Virus record (IMG/VR): IMGVR_UViG_3300037067_011569
Location: 26,362-90,361 of that record
DNA from: a virus
Taxonomy: Duplodnaviria; Caudoviricetes
Direction: 5' to 3' (one strand)
Length of the DNA stretch: 64,000 bases
The notes beneath the pieces were generated by a model. That model had not been told where the DNA came from and did not search any database. It was given only the letters and a program-made list of their open reading frames with translations. The translations under genes and the position numbers were made by a program. Positions 29,076 through 39,574 of the stretch are shown piece after piece. Within the stretch, counting starts at the first letter, position 1. The number at the start of each line of letters is the position of its first letter.

Positions 29076-31198
29076 TTATGATGCATGTAATGTATTTTGA
29101 GAAAAGAGAACAAAAGCTAATAATATCAGTGATTTAGCTTGTCATTGACATTGTAGAGCAATGGTAGACTCTTTTTGCACTTTTTGGGGAAGAATCTGCA
29201 TTGCAGAACTATGGACAAATCACTGAAACGATTAGCTATATACAGAATTGTCAGCTATTTTGGAGATTAGTGCTGCATACAGAATTTCTGGGTGTTTCTG
29301 AGATAAATTGGAACATACAGCAAATTGGGGTATTTTTGGAGTTAATTTAATTTCAAGAGAGAAGGAGAAAAACATGGTACTTTATTTTAATGTGCAATGT
29401 GTAGAGTGTAATTTGTGGATGAAAGAAAGTAAAGAAAGTAATCTTTCGCAGGTGGCGAGGTACACCTGCACTAAATGTGGTAAAGTTGTAGAAGTATCTT
29501 TGGATATAGATGCAGATTAGCAAAATGTGGAGTGTTGTGTTCTTTGGATACAACATTTCACTTGTGCTAGTGTGCTTTGGAGTTAATCTACTGACAAGAG
29601 AGAAGGAGAAAATTATGAAATTTAAGGTAAAAGTGTTGTTCGAGAAAAAATGGATGTTTGTTTCTGGAACTAAAGAAGAATTGGAAATTTTCTTCGACAT
29701 ATTCCAGATTGAAAGGTTTGCTCTCTGCTAATTGCGGAGGTGTATCATGAAAAGTTGGTGCCAACATCATGGAAACGAACTTCATGTATACTGCAAACTT
29801 AGCTATTTTCTGGGGAAAAAGCTTTCAAGGAAAATAGCTAAGTTTTGGGGGAAAACTTTTCTTTACAGGAATTTCATTTATTAGTCGGAGGATTAGAAGG
29901 ACGTATGAAATATCAAATTTGTAGATTGAATGTCTGGAAAGCTATAATCCAGACATTCTGTATACAAGTCTGATAGTAGGATGAAGTGATTTTGATCTAA
30001 ACTTAAAACAAGAGAGAAGAGAGAAAAAATGGGAAGTTTCGTAATTAATCACGGGGTAGAATTTGATGTGGATGAAAATTTTGTGGAACTCTTTTCAAGA
30101 AGAGAAGATGGAAGAATCATTCTGCAAATTCGGGAACTGGAACAATTAGTAAAAATGGCAAAAGCAATGAATCAGGAAGAATATGTGTTATTTGAGGAGG
30201 ATGAAAAAGAAAGTCAATTTTGTACGATGGAAAACGGTGTTCTCTGTCACGGTTGCGGGGAATGTGAGAAATAACTATTGAACAATGGTGAAAGGTGTTA
30301 TTTGAGGAAAATGACATCTTTCTTGGTTGTTTGGTAGAAAACAATTAAACAAGAGAGGAGAGAGAAATGGTTGAATTAAAAGTAGAAGTTTTAACATTGT
30401 CCAAAAAAGTGGCGGAGTACATTCCAATTCTTCATCTCGGAATGAAAGAAGAAGATTTGGCATGGTGGGACAATGCAGAAGGTTTAGGAGTTGTTTTCAA
30501 TGCAAAAGGATTGTCTTTTGCATATGGAAATTCAGAAGCTATTCTTCTGAAAAAAGAAGGCAAGTATGCTTGGACTGTTTTTAGAAGTAACCGAGGATTG
30601 GACTCAATTATTCTGAAATAGTAGATAGGTGAGAATCAGTATGATTTAAAGGATTATACTGATTCTCTTGTATCTACAAAAAGTAGGAATAAACAAAAAC
30701 AAGAGAGGAGAGAGAAAAAATGGTTGAAATCTCAAAAGAAAATGAAAGAGGTGGATTACGTCTTTATCGTAATGTTGGTGACAGAAAAAAAGGGATGAGG
30801 TGGGCAATTAAACGAGGATACAATTACTTTGTTGGATTTAAAGATTGCAATCACACACATCCTGCTGGACTATCTTACGGAAAAGCTGATTGGGTAGCAG
30901 AAGGTAAAATTTACGAAAAAGACGTTCTGGTTAACAGAATAATCCACTAGGAGAAAAACAATGGAAACATACTATGCAGTACATTGGACTCATGGTGTAG
31001 CAATGTTGGTAGGATTCGGATTGGGGGCAGCAGTTTTTACTGCCATGTATGCAAATCTGATGTTTAAGGTGAAAAGAACTTTGGAGAGAAAACAACAGTA
31101 GATTAGCAAAACGTCAAGGATTAGGAGAAATTCTAATTTTTGACTTGTGCTAGTGTACTAATGGAAGTTAATTCTAAACAAGAGAAAAGGAGAAAAAA

Positions 31199-31900
31199 AT
31201 GGAAAATGAAGAGAGAATTACTATGGCTGTGGATCTTCTGAATCAAGGTGTGGCAGAGGATGAAATTGTAAAAAGGCTTAGGTTTGCTCACAAAGTCAAA
31301 GTCAAAGAAGCTTCTGCAATTCTTCTCCAGGCGATGGAAAGAACTAGGACTGCAACTAAACAAGTGACAGGAGATCCTGAACCAACAAAAGAAGAAAGCA
31401 CAGAAATTATTGCCCATACTGAAAACTCAAATACTTCTGAGGAGAAAGTGGAAGAGTTGAGTGAGGTAGAAAAAGCAAAACAATGGGCAGGTGAGGGAAA
31501 TGACATGCCATGCTCAGTGTACGGTGAGCAAGACTTGTCAGACCCTGGATGTGATGCTTGCAAACGTGACTGTCCAGTAACCTTTGCTTTCTGTTCCGTG
31601 TTGTCTAACAAGCCGAAAACAGTGAAGAAAGTAGCTTCGACAACAGGGGATAAAACGTCGAGAAAAAGAGTCAAAGGTGCTGGGTATGAGAAGGTCAAGT
31701 ACATAGAAGGCTTGATCACTGAAGGGACACATACCCAGAAGGAGATTGTTGCTCTTGCGATGGAACAATATCCTGAAGTTAAGAGAATCACTATTACTAC
31801 CTACATTAGTGATTCTAAGAACCCATCTGAGAAATATGGGTATGCAAGGCATGGATTCAGTTCACTTGCAAAGGTGACTGATGGGAAACTTCATTACTAG
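31199..31900 (+). CDS. DSKNP-domain protein, paralog 2
   Basis: Helical N-domain, Cys cluster (CSVY...CDACKRDC...FC), C-terminal EGTHTQKEI...SDSKNPSEKYG domain. Confidence 0.85.
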   Translation: MENEERITMAVDLLNQGVAEDEIVKRLRFAHKVKVKEASAILLQAMERTRTATKQVTGDPEPTKEESTEIIAHTENSNTSEEKVEELSEVEKAKQWAGEGNDMPCSVYGEQDLSDPGCDACKRDCPVTFAFCSVLSNKPKTVKKVASTTGDKTSRKRVKGAGYEKVKYIEGLITEGTHTQKEIVALAMEQYPEVKRITITTYISDSKNPSEKYGYARHGFSSLAKVTDGKLHY

Positions 31901-32073
31901 GAGGAAGTGATGGATATAACTAGAAAATCACTTACCGAAGTTGACATGCTATTTGGAGAAGGAAAGATTACAAGAAAAGAAGCGGAAGAATATGTTGCGA
32001 TGTGGAATGCAGTGGCACATTTCACTGTTGCAAAGGTTGAATATAATTACATCTCCAATAGGTTGAATGATTA

Positions 32074-32125
32074 GTTAGAAGGTTGATGCTATGCTAAATG
32101 GCATAGCATCTTCCTTGTAGCTAAC
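32074..32125 (+). promoter_or_regulatory. Intergenic RNA hairpin, representative of a family of at least 8
   Basis: GTTAG-AAGG-TT-GATGCTATGC-loop-GCATAGCATC-TT-CCTT-GTAG-CTAAC; near copy at 33883-33940 with G.U substitutions. Confidence 0.8.
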
Positions 32126-32162
32126 CATAAACCAACACAACACAAGAGGGAAGGGAGAAAAA

Positions 32163-32927
32163 ATGAACGAAAGATTAAATCCAGAAGAACACAATAAAAT
32201 GGTAGACAAACTCCAAAAACTGCTTGCTCTTGCAACATCTCCGAATGAGAATGAGGCAAGATTGGCAATGGACAAAGCAGCGGAATTGATGGAGAAATAT
32301 TCTCTGTCAATGGCTGATGTAAATGAGAACGGAAATTCAAAACCTGACCATATCAGGGAGCAAATGACAAGAGAAGATATTCCTGGACTTGGAAGTAGAA
32401 AAGTAAACTGGGAAAGTCTTCTTGCCAATTCGATTGCAATGGCATTTGACGCAAAACTTGTAACAATGCCATATGCAACTTGGAAAGACGGAGAAAAAAG
32501 AGATTGGTCTTTGTCTTTCTTAGGATTTAAAGCTGATGTGGAGATGGCAATATGGTTGCATCTTTATATCAGAAGAAGCATTAGCAGGCTGAGTAGTAAA
32601 GGATACAAAGATATTAATGGCAGAAATAACTTTGCTCATGGCATGGTTTCTTCTGTTCATGGCAGATTGCAAGAAATGTACAAGAGGAGAAATGAAATCT
32701 CCGATTGTAAGGCATTGGTTGTTGTAAAAACCGATGCGGTAAAGAAATTTACCACAGAGCATTTTCCTAGCCTGAAGAAAGGTACAAGAACTCAGATTAC
32801 CGGTGATAGAAGTGCTTACTACAATGGGATAGAAGAAGGAAAGAAGTTGAATCTTTCTCGTCCGTTGAATGGAAGTGGTTCTTCTGGCAGAAGTGCTATT
32901 GACAGTGGACAGAAAAAACTGACATAA
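32163..32927 (+). CDS. DUF2786-like protein
   Basis: KLQKLLALATSPNENEARLAMDKAAELMEKYSL is a characteristic N-terminus; NNFAHGMV. Confidence 0.8.
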   Translation: MNERLNPEEHNKMVDKLQKLLALATSPNENEARLAMDKAAELMEKYSLSMADVNENGNSKPDHIREQMTREDIPGLGSRKVNWESLLANSIAMAFDAKLVTMPYATWKDGEKRDWSLSFLGFKADVEMAIWLHLYIRRSISRLSSKGYKDINGRNNFAHGMVSSVHGRLQEMYKRRNEISDCKALVVVKTDAVKKFTTEHFPSLKKGTRTQITGDRSAYYNGIEEGKKLNLSRPLNGSGSSGRSAIDSGQKKLT

Positions 32928-33017
32928 TTATTGGGTGTGGCACTATCCAAACAATAGTGTCATTCCTTGTAATTGTGTAACATAACCAAAACCAAACAAG
33001 AGAAAAGGAGAAAAAAA

Positions 33018-33887
33018 ATGGAAGAATCAAGATTAAAAGAAATCCTGAAGAAACATTTACTTTGGTTAAATGATGAAGAAGATGGGGAAAAAGCAGACTT
33101 GCATAGTGCAGACTTGTGTGATGCAAACTTGTATGGTGCAGACTTGCGTGGTGCAGACTTGTGTGGTGCAACCTTGCATGGTGCAGACTTGCGTGGTGCA
33201 AACTTGCATAGTGCAAACTTGTGTGATGCAGACTTGCATGGTGAAGACTTGCGTGGTGCAGACTTGCGTGGTGCAGACTTGTGTGGTGCAGACTTGCGTG
33301 GTGCAAACTTGCATAGTGCAAACTTGTGTGATGCAAACTTGCATGGTGCAGACTTGCGTGGTGCAGACTTGTGTGGTGCAAACTTGCATAGTGCAAACTT
33401 GTGTGGTGCAGACTTGTGTGGTGCAGACTTGCGTGGTGCAGACTTGTGTGGTGCAAACTTGCATAGTGCAGACTTGCGTGGTGCAAACTTGCATAGTGCA
33501 AACTTGTGTGATGCAAACGGAATAAATAAATATCTAATAACCCCTCTTCTATTGTTATTAGATCAGCCGGGAAAGATTATTGCCTACAAAATAGTCAATG
33601 CTAAGAACACAGGAATTTATTTCCCTGGCATTTACTACAAAATAGGAGAAACATTTGAAGAAAAAAATGCAAATTGTTACGAAAATGAACAATGTGGTTC
33701 AGGCATATCACTGGCTACTCTTGATTGGTGCATAAAAGAATGGAAACCAGGAAGAAAAATACTCATGGCTGAGTTTGAAGCAAAAGACATTGCTGCAATA
33801 CCAATTGGAACTGATGGAAAATTCAGGGTGTTCCGATGTAAAATTGTAGGAGAAAAAGACTTAAAATCAATCGGACTTATCGACTAA
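33018..33887 (+). CDS. Pentapeptide repeat protein
   Basis: Start reassigned to 33018 (SD); ILKKHLLWL...28 A(D/N)Lxx units; C-terminal CGSGISLAT...GKFRV domain. Confidence 0.92.
   Translation: MEESRLKEILKKHLLWLNDEEDGEKADLHSADLCDANLYGADLRGADLCGATLHGADLRGANLHSANLCDADLHGEDLRGADLRGADLCGADLRGANLHSANLCDANLHGADLRGADLCGANLHSANLCGADLCGADLRGADLCGANLHSADLRGANLHSANLCDANGINKYLITPLLLLLDQPGKIIAYKIVNAKNTGIYFPGIYYKIGETFEEKNANCYENEQCGSGISLATLDWCIKEWKPGRKILMAEFEAKDIAAIPIGTDGKFRVFRCKIVGEKDLKSIGLID
33093..33512 (+). repeat. 15-bp tandem repeat x28 (GCARACTTGYRTRGT-like) encoding the pentapeptide units
   Basis: Directly visible tandem units. Confidence 0.95.
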
Positions 33888-33982
33888 CTTAGAAGGTTGG
33901 TGCTATGCTAAATGGTATAGCATCTTCCTTGTATGTTAGTAGGTAGAAATTAATCCAAACAAGAGAGAGGGGAGAAAAAAAA

Positions 33983-34855
33983 ATGGAAACAGGAACTGTG
34001 GCTTATCTGAATGAGGCAAAGGCGCTTTGTGGGGAACTTTTTCCTGATCGTGTGTTCCCTAATGTGGGTCGTTCACCTGTATGGTTTGGAAGAAGAGACA
34101 AGGTGTTGGCAGAAGGAAGAAAAGCTATTGTGGATTTCAATAATGATAATCTCTTTGCAATCGCCAGTAATGAGTACAAACTGGTAAGGCATGAAGAGAT
34201 TGTGAAGCAAGTCCACGATGCTTGTCTCGAAATTCCTGAGTATGGTATACCTGAAATGAAAATATCTTTACCGTATTCTGGAGCAAAGATGATTCTCGAT
34301 GTGAAGTTTCCAGAAATGATGAAAGACATAAAGGTGGGTGACACAATCGTTCCAAAGATTAGTGTCCGTTCGTCTTATGATCTGCAATGGAAGCTTCGTA
34401 GTGACGGTGGATTGTACAGAGTGATATGTTCGAACGGAGCGATGGCTCCAGTGAAAGGAAAAGCATATTCCTACATAAACCGACATGTATCAAGTCTTGA
34501 TCTGAACCTGATGATCGACACGATTAAAGAAGGTCTCATTCTTTTCAGTGAACAAAGTGAGTTGTGGAAGAAATGGGCTGAGGCGAAAATTTCTAATGAG
34601 GTGTATTCTGAAATTTGGGAAGCACTTCCGTTCAGTCCGGCAGAAAAAGGGAAGATGGAAGAACTTCCCGAAACTGGCAGCAAGTTATTTCTTCCTGCTG
34701 CACTGCAAAGAGAGGAACTGACATTGTGGGATATGCATTCTGTGGTGACACAGTTTGTAACCCACAACATTGAAAGTGAAAACAGGAAGGCTGATCTTGA
34801 ACCACAAGTGGCAAAAGTATTTGACAATGTATACTGGAACAGGATGAACAACTAA
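33983..34855 (+). CDS. DUF932/DUF945-like protein
   Basis: SNEYKLVRHEE...SYDL...GGLYRVICSNGA...HVS...LWDMHSVVT. Confidence 0.75.
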   Translation: METGTVAYLNEAKALCGELFPDRVFPNVGRSPVWFGRRDKVLAEGRKAIVDFNNDNLFAIASNEYKLVRHEEIVKQVHDACLEIPEYGIPEMKISLPYSGAKMILDVKFPEMMKDIKVGDTIVPKISVRSSYDLQWKLRSDGGLYRVICSNGAMAPVKGKAYSYINRHVSSLDLNLMIDTIKEGLILFSEQSELWKKWAEAKISNEVYSEIWEALPFSPAEKGKMEELPETGSKLFLPAALQREELTLWDMHSVVTQFVTHNIESENRKADLEPQVAKVFDNVYWNRMNN

Positions 34856-35394
34856 CAAGAGAGAAGGAGAAAAAATGAAAGAACACAAACTGATGGTGGT
34901 GGATTACAATGTACTTCCTAAAATATCACTTTACAAATGTGATAAGGAAGAAAATGTGAATTGGAAAGAAGAGGCAGCAGAGGCGTACTTTGAGTTTTTT
35001 AATACTTGTGTTCCTTGTGGAGTAATAGATATACTGGAAAAAATGTTTATAAATAACAGGTGACATAGTTATTGGGTTGTGCACAGTTGAAAGACTGTGC
35101 ACTTCCTTGTACCTGTGTAACATAACCCAAACAAGAGAGAAGGAGAAAAAATGAAAACAATTAAGTTCAAATTGGCTGTAAGCCCAAGAACCCACACAGA
35201 AAAAGGTGTTTATGATTTATTTACACCAGAAGTTGAAGGATATGTATTTAACAGGGATAATCATAGTATGGAATATGCGGCAGAGGAATACCTTCAGTTT
35301 TTTTACGAATGTGTTCCTGTTGGTATTATTGACATTCTGAAAAGAAAAATGAAATCACTCTAAACCATCCAAACAAGAGAAAAGGAGAAAAACA

Positions 35395-35838
35395 ATGGGA
35401 CTCGACATGTATCTTTATGGCAAGAAGTATTTTTCTTCCTTTAATGAGGAGAAAAAAGCACAAGCAGATAGAATCGGTGAAATACTTAATATTCCTGCGG
35501 ATCTGGAGGTTAAAGAGATATCTGTAGAATTCGGATATTGGAGAAAAGCAAATCACATTCACAATTGGTTTGTTAACAATATCCAAAAAGGCACTGATAA
35601 TTGCGGGACTTACTATGTATCTCCTGAACAACTCCAAGAACTCCACAAAGCTTGTAAAGAGGTGTTGGAAAATAAAAACTCTGCAAAAAATATACTTCCT
35701 ACTGCATCCGGGTTCTTCTTTGGAAACACAAGTTATGACGATTGTTATTTTGGTGACTGTGAGCATACTATAAAGATAATTGACAGGTGTCTCCAACACA
35801 AAGGAGATTTTTACTTTTCATACCATAGTTCATGGTAA
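35395..35838 (+). CDS. Conserved phage hypothetical protein
   Basis: MGLDMYL...YWRKANHIHNWF...DNC...LPTASGFFFG...YHSSW pattern recalled from phage proteins. Confidence 0.7.
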   Translation: MGLDMYLYGKKYFSSFNEEKKAQADRIGEILNIPADLEVKEISVEFGYWRKANHIHNWFVNNIQKGTDNCGTYYVSPEQLQELHKACKEVLENKNSAKNILPTASGFFFGNTSYDDCYFGDCEHTIKIIDRCLQHKGDFYFSYHSSW

Positions 35839-38332
35839 CTAAGTTAGATGAATGCCTTCTCGTAAGAAGGCATTCTTGTACCTTAGTAACCAACAACAAC
35901 CCAAACAAGAGAGAAGGAGAAAAAAATGAGAGACAACATGACTATCCTTGATGGCTGGAAAGACTTGGAGCAGTATGGAATTTCTTTTCTGACAGGTGAG
36001 GCAGATGCCTATTCGTTGAGGGCTTTATGCTCCCTCAACGAAGATGGAGTAAAACTGATGGAATCTTTTCTGTCAGTAAAGGTGAACAAAGATCCTTGGA
36101 GCAACTACAAAATTAATGGAAAAGAAACTGTTGCTTCTATAATGATTCCCTATTCTATCTACCGAGACCTTGCAACATTCTGTTTATTCCATGTTGACAA
36201 TTTTCAAGAGGTTGTAATAAACGACATGTGGATAGGTGGATGCACCAAAGAACACCTTGACCACTATGCAGAGAAGTACAAAGAATACTATCCGAATACG
36301 AAGTTCAAGCACAATTTCGGGTATAAGGCTGATCCAAGTATTTCTCGCAATGGTAGAAACGTCCACCAAATGTCAGGGAGGGTAGAATGAGCCCTGTAAT
36401 AGTTGATGGAAGTGTTCTTATGGCAGTAATATTCCTTATGATTGCTTCATTTGGGGTAGGTTACTTTCACGGAAAGAATGTTGCTAATTATCACAACAGA
36501 AACAAATGGCGTAGGTAGTATCACAAAGGCTATGATGTTAAGTTCATAGCCTTTGATGGTAATATCTGCAACAAACAACACAAAGAGAAGGAGAGAAAAA
36601 ATGCCAACAGGTTCAATATTTAATTGGTTCGACATGAGCAAAGAGGAAAAAGAAGAAAGAAACAAAATGGATTATTTTACTATTATTAACCTTATAAAAA
36701 TAGATGGTGAATGCAAAAGGACATCATCTGGAGAATTTCAAAAAGTTGATATTATTGCGGCAGTAGGATGCAATGGAATAGAACATGCAGTAGAAATAAC
36801 AGAGGAATATTATGTTGATAATGAAATAGTCCATGCTAGAATTATTTCAAATTCAAGGATAGGAAAGTGTACTTGTAAAAAAGATAAAAATTATGGATTT
36901 TTTGGCATTGAAAGAGAAGGAGAAAAATGACAAAGGACTTGGAACAAACATTCTGGGAAAAGTTAAAAGAAGGAGACGAGATATATATTATCGACGTTTC
37001 CGCGAGGAACTCCGACTACTATTCTGGTCCCCATAAAGTTGTTAATCCCGAACTCCGTACGTTAGCAGAATATGGTGACGGAAAAATGTTTATTACCTTT
37101 ACCTCCCTTTTGTTTAGGGAAAAGGAGATAGGATGAAAGCAATTAGAACAAGGTTTCTTGGACCTTCTTATGCAAGAGGGAGTAGAATAAAAGCTTCCAT
37201 AGATGATGGTGACAGAAAAGAACAAATCACTATCGGACTTGAAACTGCACAAGAACTTAGTGTAAACCAACACTGGGATGATGTACACAAAACAGTTGCC
37301 AAAGAACTTGCAAAAGTGATGAAATGGGAAGGTGAAATTGTTGGGGGTGTTTACAAAAATGATTACTACTGGGTGTTTGTATAGGAGGAGTAAATGTTTA
37401 CTTTGAAATTCATTGATGGAACACCTGTTCCAAAAAGCTACACGGAAGAATTGAACAAAATGATTTCCGATGCTTGTATAGCGGAGGAATTGTTTGAATT
37501 GGACGAACTTGAACTTTATGCAAGGAGCTATAATGATCCGAGAAAAGTTCTCCATCAAGATTGAGAAACAAGAAGGCACCAGAAGTTTTCAGAGAAAAGT
37601 CGAAGGGACTTTCTACTCAATTGGAATAAGCACCAACGGGTTTCAAACAAATTTTACATCAGAAATGACAAGAGAGGAAATGCAAGTTCTTATAGGTTAC
37701 CTTGTTACATGGGACAATATAGAAAAAGAAAAGGAAAGAGATGCAAGGAATGTGGAAAGTTTGCAAGAAATGTAATTTTGCTTCCCCTTACTGCCAAGAT
37801 GATTCCCTTTCATGTAGAGATTGTGGACAAATCATGGAAGTGAAAAATCTTGGTACTTGCACATGTAAAACTTGTGATGGAAAAGGAACCATTGAAGAAA
37901 AACCCAACACTATAACTCCCATAATAATACGAAGAAAGAAGGTAGAGAAAGAAATAAACTTATTGGATTTCCTAAGCTAGTGTTTTGCGGATTGGGTAGA
38001 AATTTCTACCCAATTCTTTGAACATTAGAAAGGAGAAAGAAATGGAAGACAAAGCACCTGTAATGAGAGCGTTCAAGAAATTTGCAAGATTAAAAGGGAA
38101 GTCTACATTGTGGTTTGATAAGACCACAATGAACTTTATTCCAGGATCATTCAGACTACAATTCTTGAAAGGAGGAAAAGTTAGGGTAGCAGAAGTGATT
38201 GATGTTGAAGGCACTATGAGAATGGTAACAAAAGACCTTGACAAAAAAGTTTTTATTGAATTAACAAACCAACTAAAAGGATTTATGAAGGAGTTAGAGA
38301 AATAACTTTTTAACAAATTTTGTTTAGTGCTA

Positions 38333-38341
38333 TGCTATAAT
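38333..38341 (+). promoter_or_regulatory. Extended -10 promoter (TGcTATAAT)
   Basis: Related TGCTATA elements sit upstream of genes at 49957-49965, 62119-62127 and 23632-23640, and on the minus strand at 27274-27282. Confidence 0.55.
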
Positions 38342-38791
38342 GTCAGAAAACCCACGAAACTACTAATCCCAAAAGAGAAAGGGAAACCCATGATTACAAT
38401 AAAAACAAAAAAAGTTGTGAAAAAAGGTGTTGCTCTCAGGAAGATTCTTGAAATAAAAGCTTTGGCTTACGAAGAACTTCCTACTGAATACTTCAGTTCA
38501 TATCCTTACTGCTATAAAAAAAGTGATGGTAAAGAGTTATATATAAATAATGCTTGGAACAGGAGCATATTTGTTAATGAACTTTACAGAGAGTCATATA
38601 TCCAAGAATTATTAAAAGCGATAGCGGAATGCGGGGCAAGATTGAAGGAAATTAATGTGAAAGTAAAAGAGCTTGAAAAAACATGGGTAGGAGAAGAGAC
38701 CTTCTGTTTTTAATTAAGATAGAGAGTTGGTGCGATGCATTCAGTATCGCACCTTCTTTGTGTGTTAATTAACCAAACAAAAGGAGAAAAT

Positions 38792-39139
38792 ATGGCTAAA
38801 GAGTGTCAGTATTGTCAATTATGGAGTGATATACCACCCAAACTCCGTATCATCGAAAGAATTGGGGAGAAAAAAATAAGTAGAAGAAAATGTACTTTTA
38901 CCAAAGACTTTGTTTATAGAGAAAATGAAGGTTGTGTACATTACATTCCTGGTACTTATTTCTGGTGTGATAAACAGCATGAAAGAATCCATCAAAAAAT
39001 TTGCATCCACAGAGCAAGGAACAAAAAATATGATTGTACGGAAAGATGCCCTCAATACAAATGCATTTTATCTGGGCTAAGAGGATATAGACAACCTATT
39101 GAAAATGGGTTGATTGCTCCGATAAGAAGGAGGACATGA
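38792..39139 (+). CDS. Cys-rich hypothetical protein ending APIRRRT
   Basis: AAGGAG SD at the reassigned start 38792; multiple CxxC. Confidence 0.6.
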   Translation: MAKECQYCQLWSDIPPKLRIIERIGEKKISRRKCTFTKDFVYRENEGCVHYIPGTYFWCDKQHERIHQKICIHRARNKKYDCTERCPQYKCILSGLRGYRQPIENGLIAPIRRRT

Positions 39140-39574
39140 TGGCTAGAAAAAAACCAAAGACTTACTTCAAAGTAGATAAAATATGGATGGAGTTTCCTAA
39201 AGATAAATACGTCCCCAAAGTTTATTTCGATACCACTGAATTTATCCCACGCAATAACATCTATTCCATAGTTTACAGCAATGACTTTGAAACCATCTAT
39301 GTTAAGAGGAAAATATCATGACAAAAAAACACAAAGAAGGGATAGAGGATGCATTTAACATCCTCTATAACAATTGTTTTGACCCAAGAATTTATGATCT
39401 TCTAGATAATGATCCCAATCCAGAAGAATATCTAATCAAAAAGGAAGCAGCAGAGGGAAAAGATCCTAAGTTATCTACTAGGGCGCAACTCCTGATTGAA
39501 TTTGCAATAGAAGAATACCCAAAAAGAGAAGTCACCCCAACTGAAATATTTAAACTTGCACAAAAGGAGATGAG

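Larger units (their letters stand above)
26041..29162. other. GG/CC-dinucleotide-depleted zone
   Basis: Hand count of 10 runs (13 dinucleotides) in ~3.1 kb; GG/CC are common immediately outside. Confidence 0.97.
29374..38713 (+). other. Early/host-takeover-like region of about 25 small genes with a shared leader
   Basis: Small ORFs (e.g. 29374, 29615, 30029, 30367, 30720, 30961, 31910, 34875, 35151, 35926, 36601, 36927, 37133, 37494, 37741, 38018, 38390), many preceded by (AA)ACAAGAGAGAAGGAGAAAAAATG variants. Confidence 0.8.

Noticed and set aside
26041-29162. GG-free zone as contaminant or mis-assembly
   Set aside because: It encodes a paralog of two other genes in this genome, carries a variant of the 50688 palindrome and has GG-less versions of the same leader; a read-level check is still advisable
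29145-29170. TTGACA...TAGACT canonical sigma70 promoter
   Set aside because: Spacer is only 14 bp; at best an extended -10 element, so not called
33093-33512. Regular repeats that could suggest a CRISPR array
   Set aside because: Contiguous in-frame 15-bp coding units with no unique spacers
32896-33525. ORFs with HHASL, TTQVC and VVQTC repeats on other frames and strands
   Set aside because: Shadow frames of the 15-bp pentapeptide array; no SD
29912-38772. Hairpins as integron attC sites or a CRISPR-like array
   Set aside because: No consistent RYYYAAC/GTTRRRY core sites, no integrase or cas gene in the window, G.U covariation favours RNA structure
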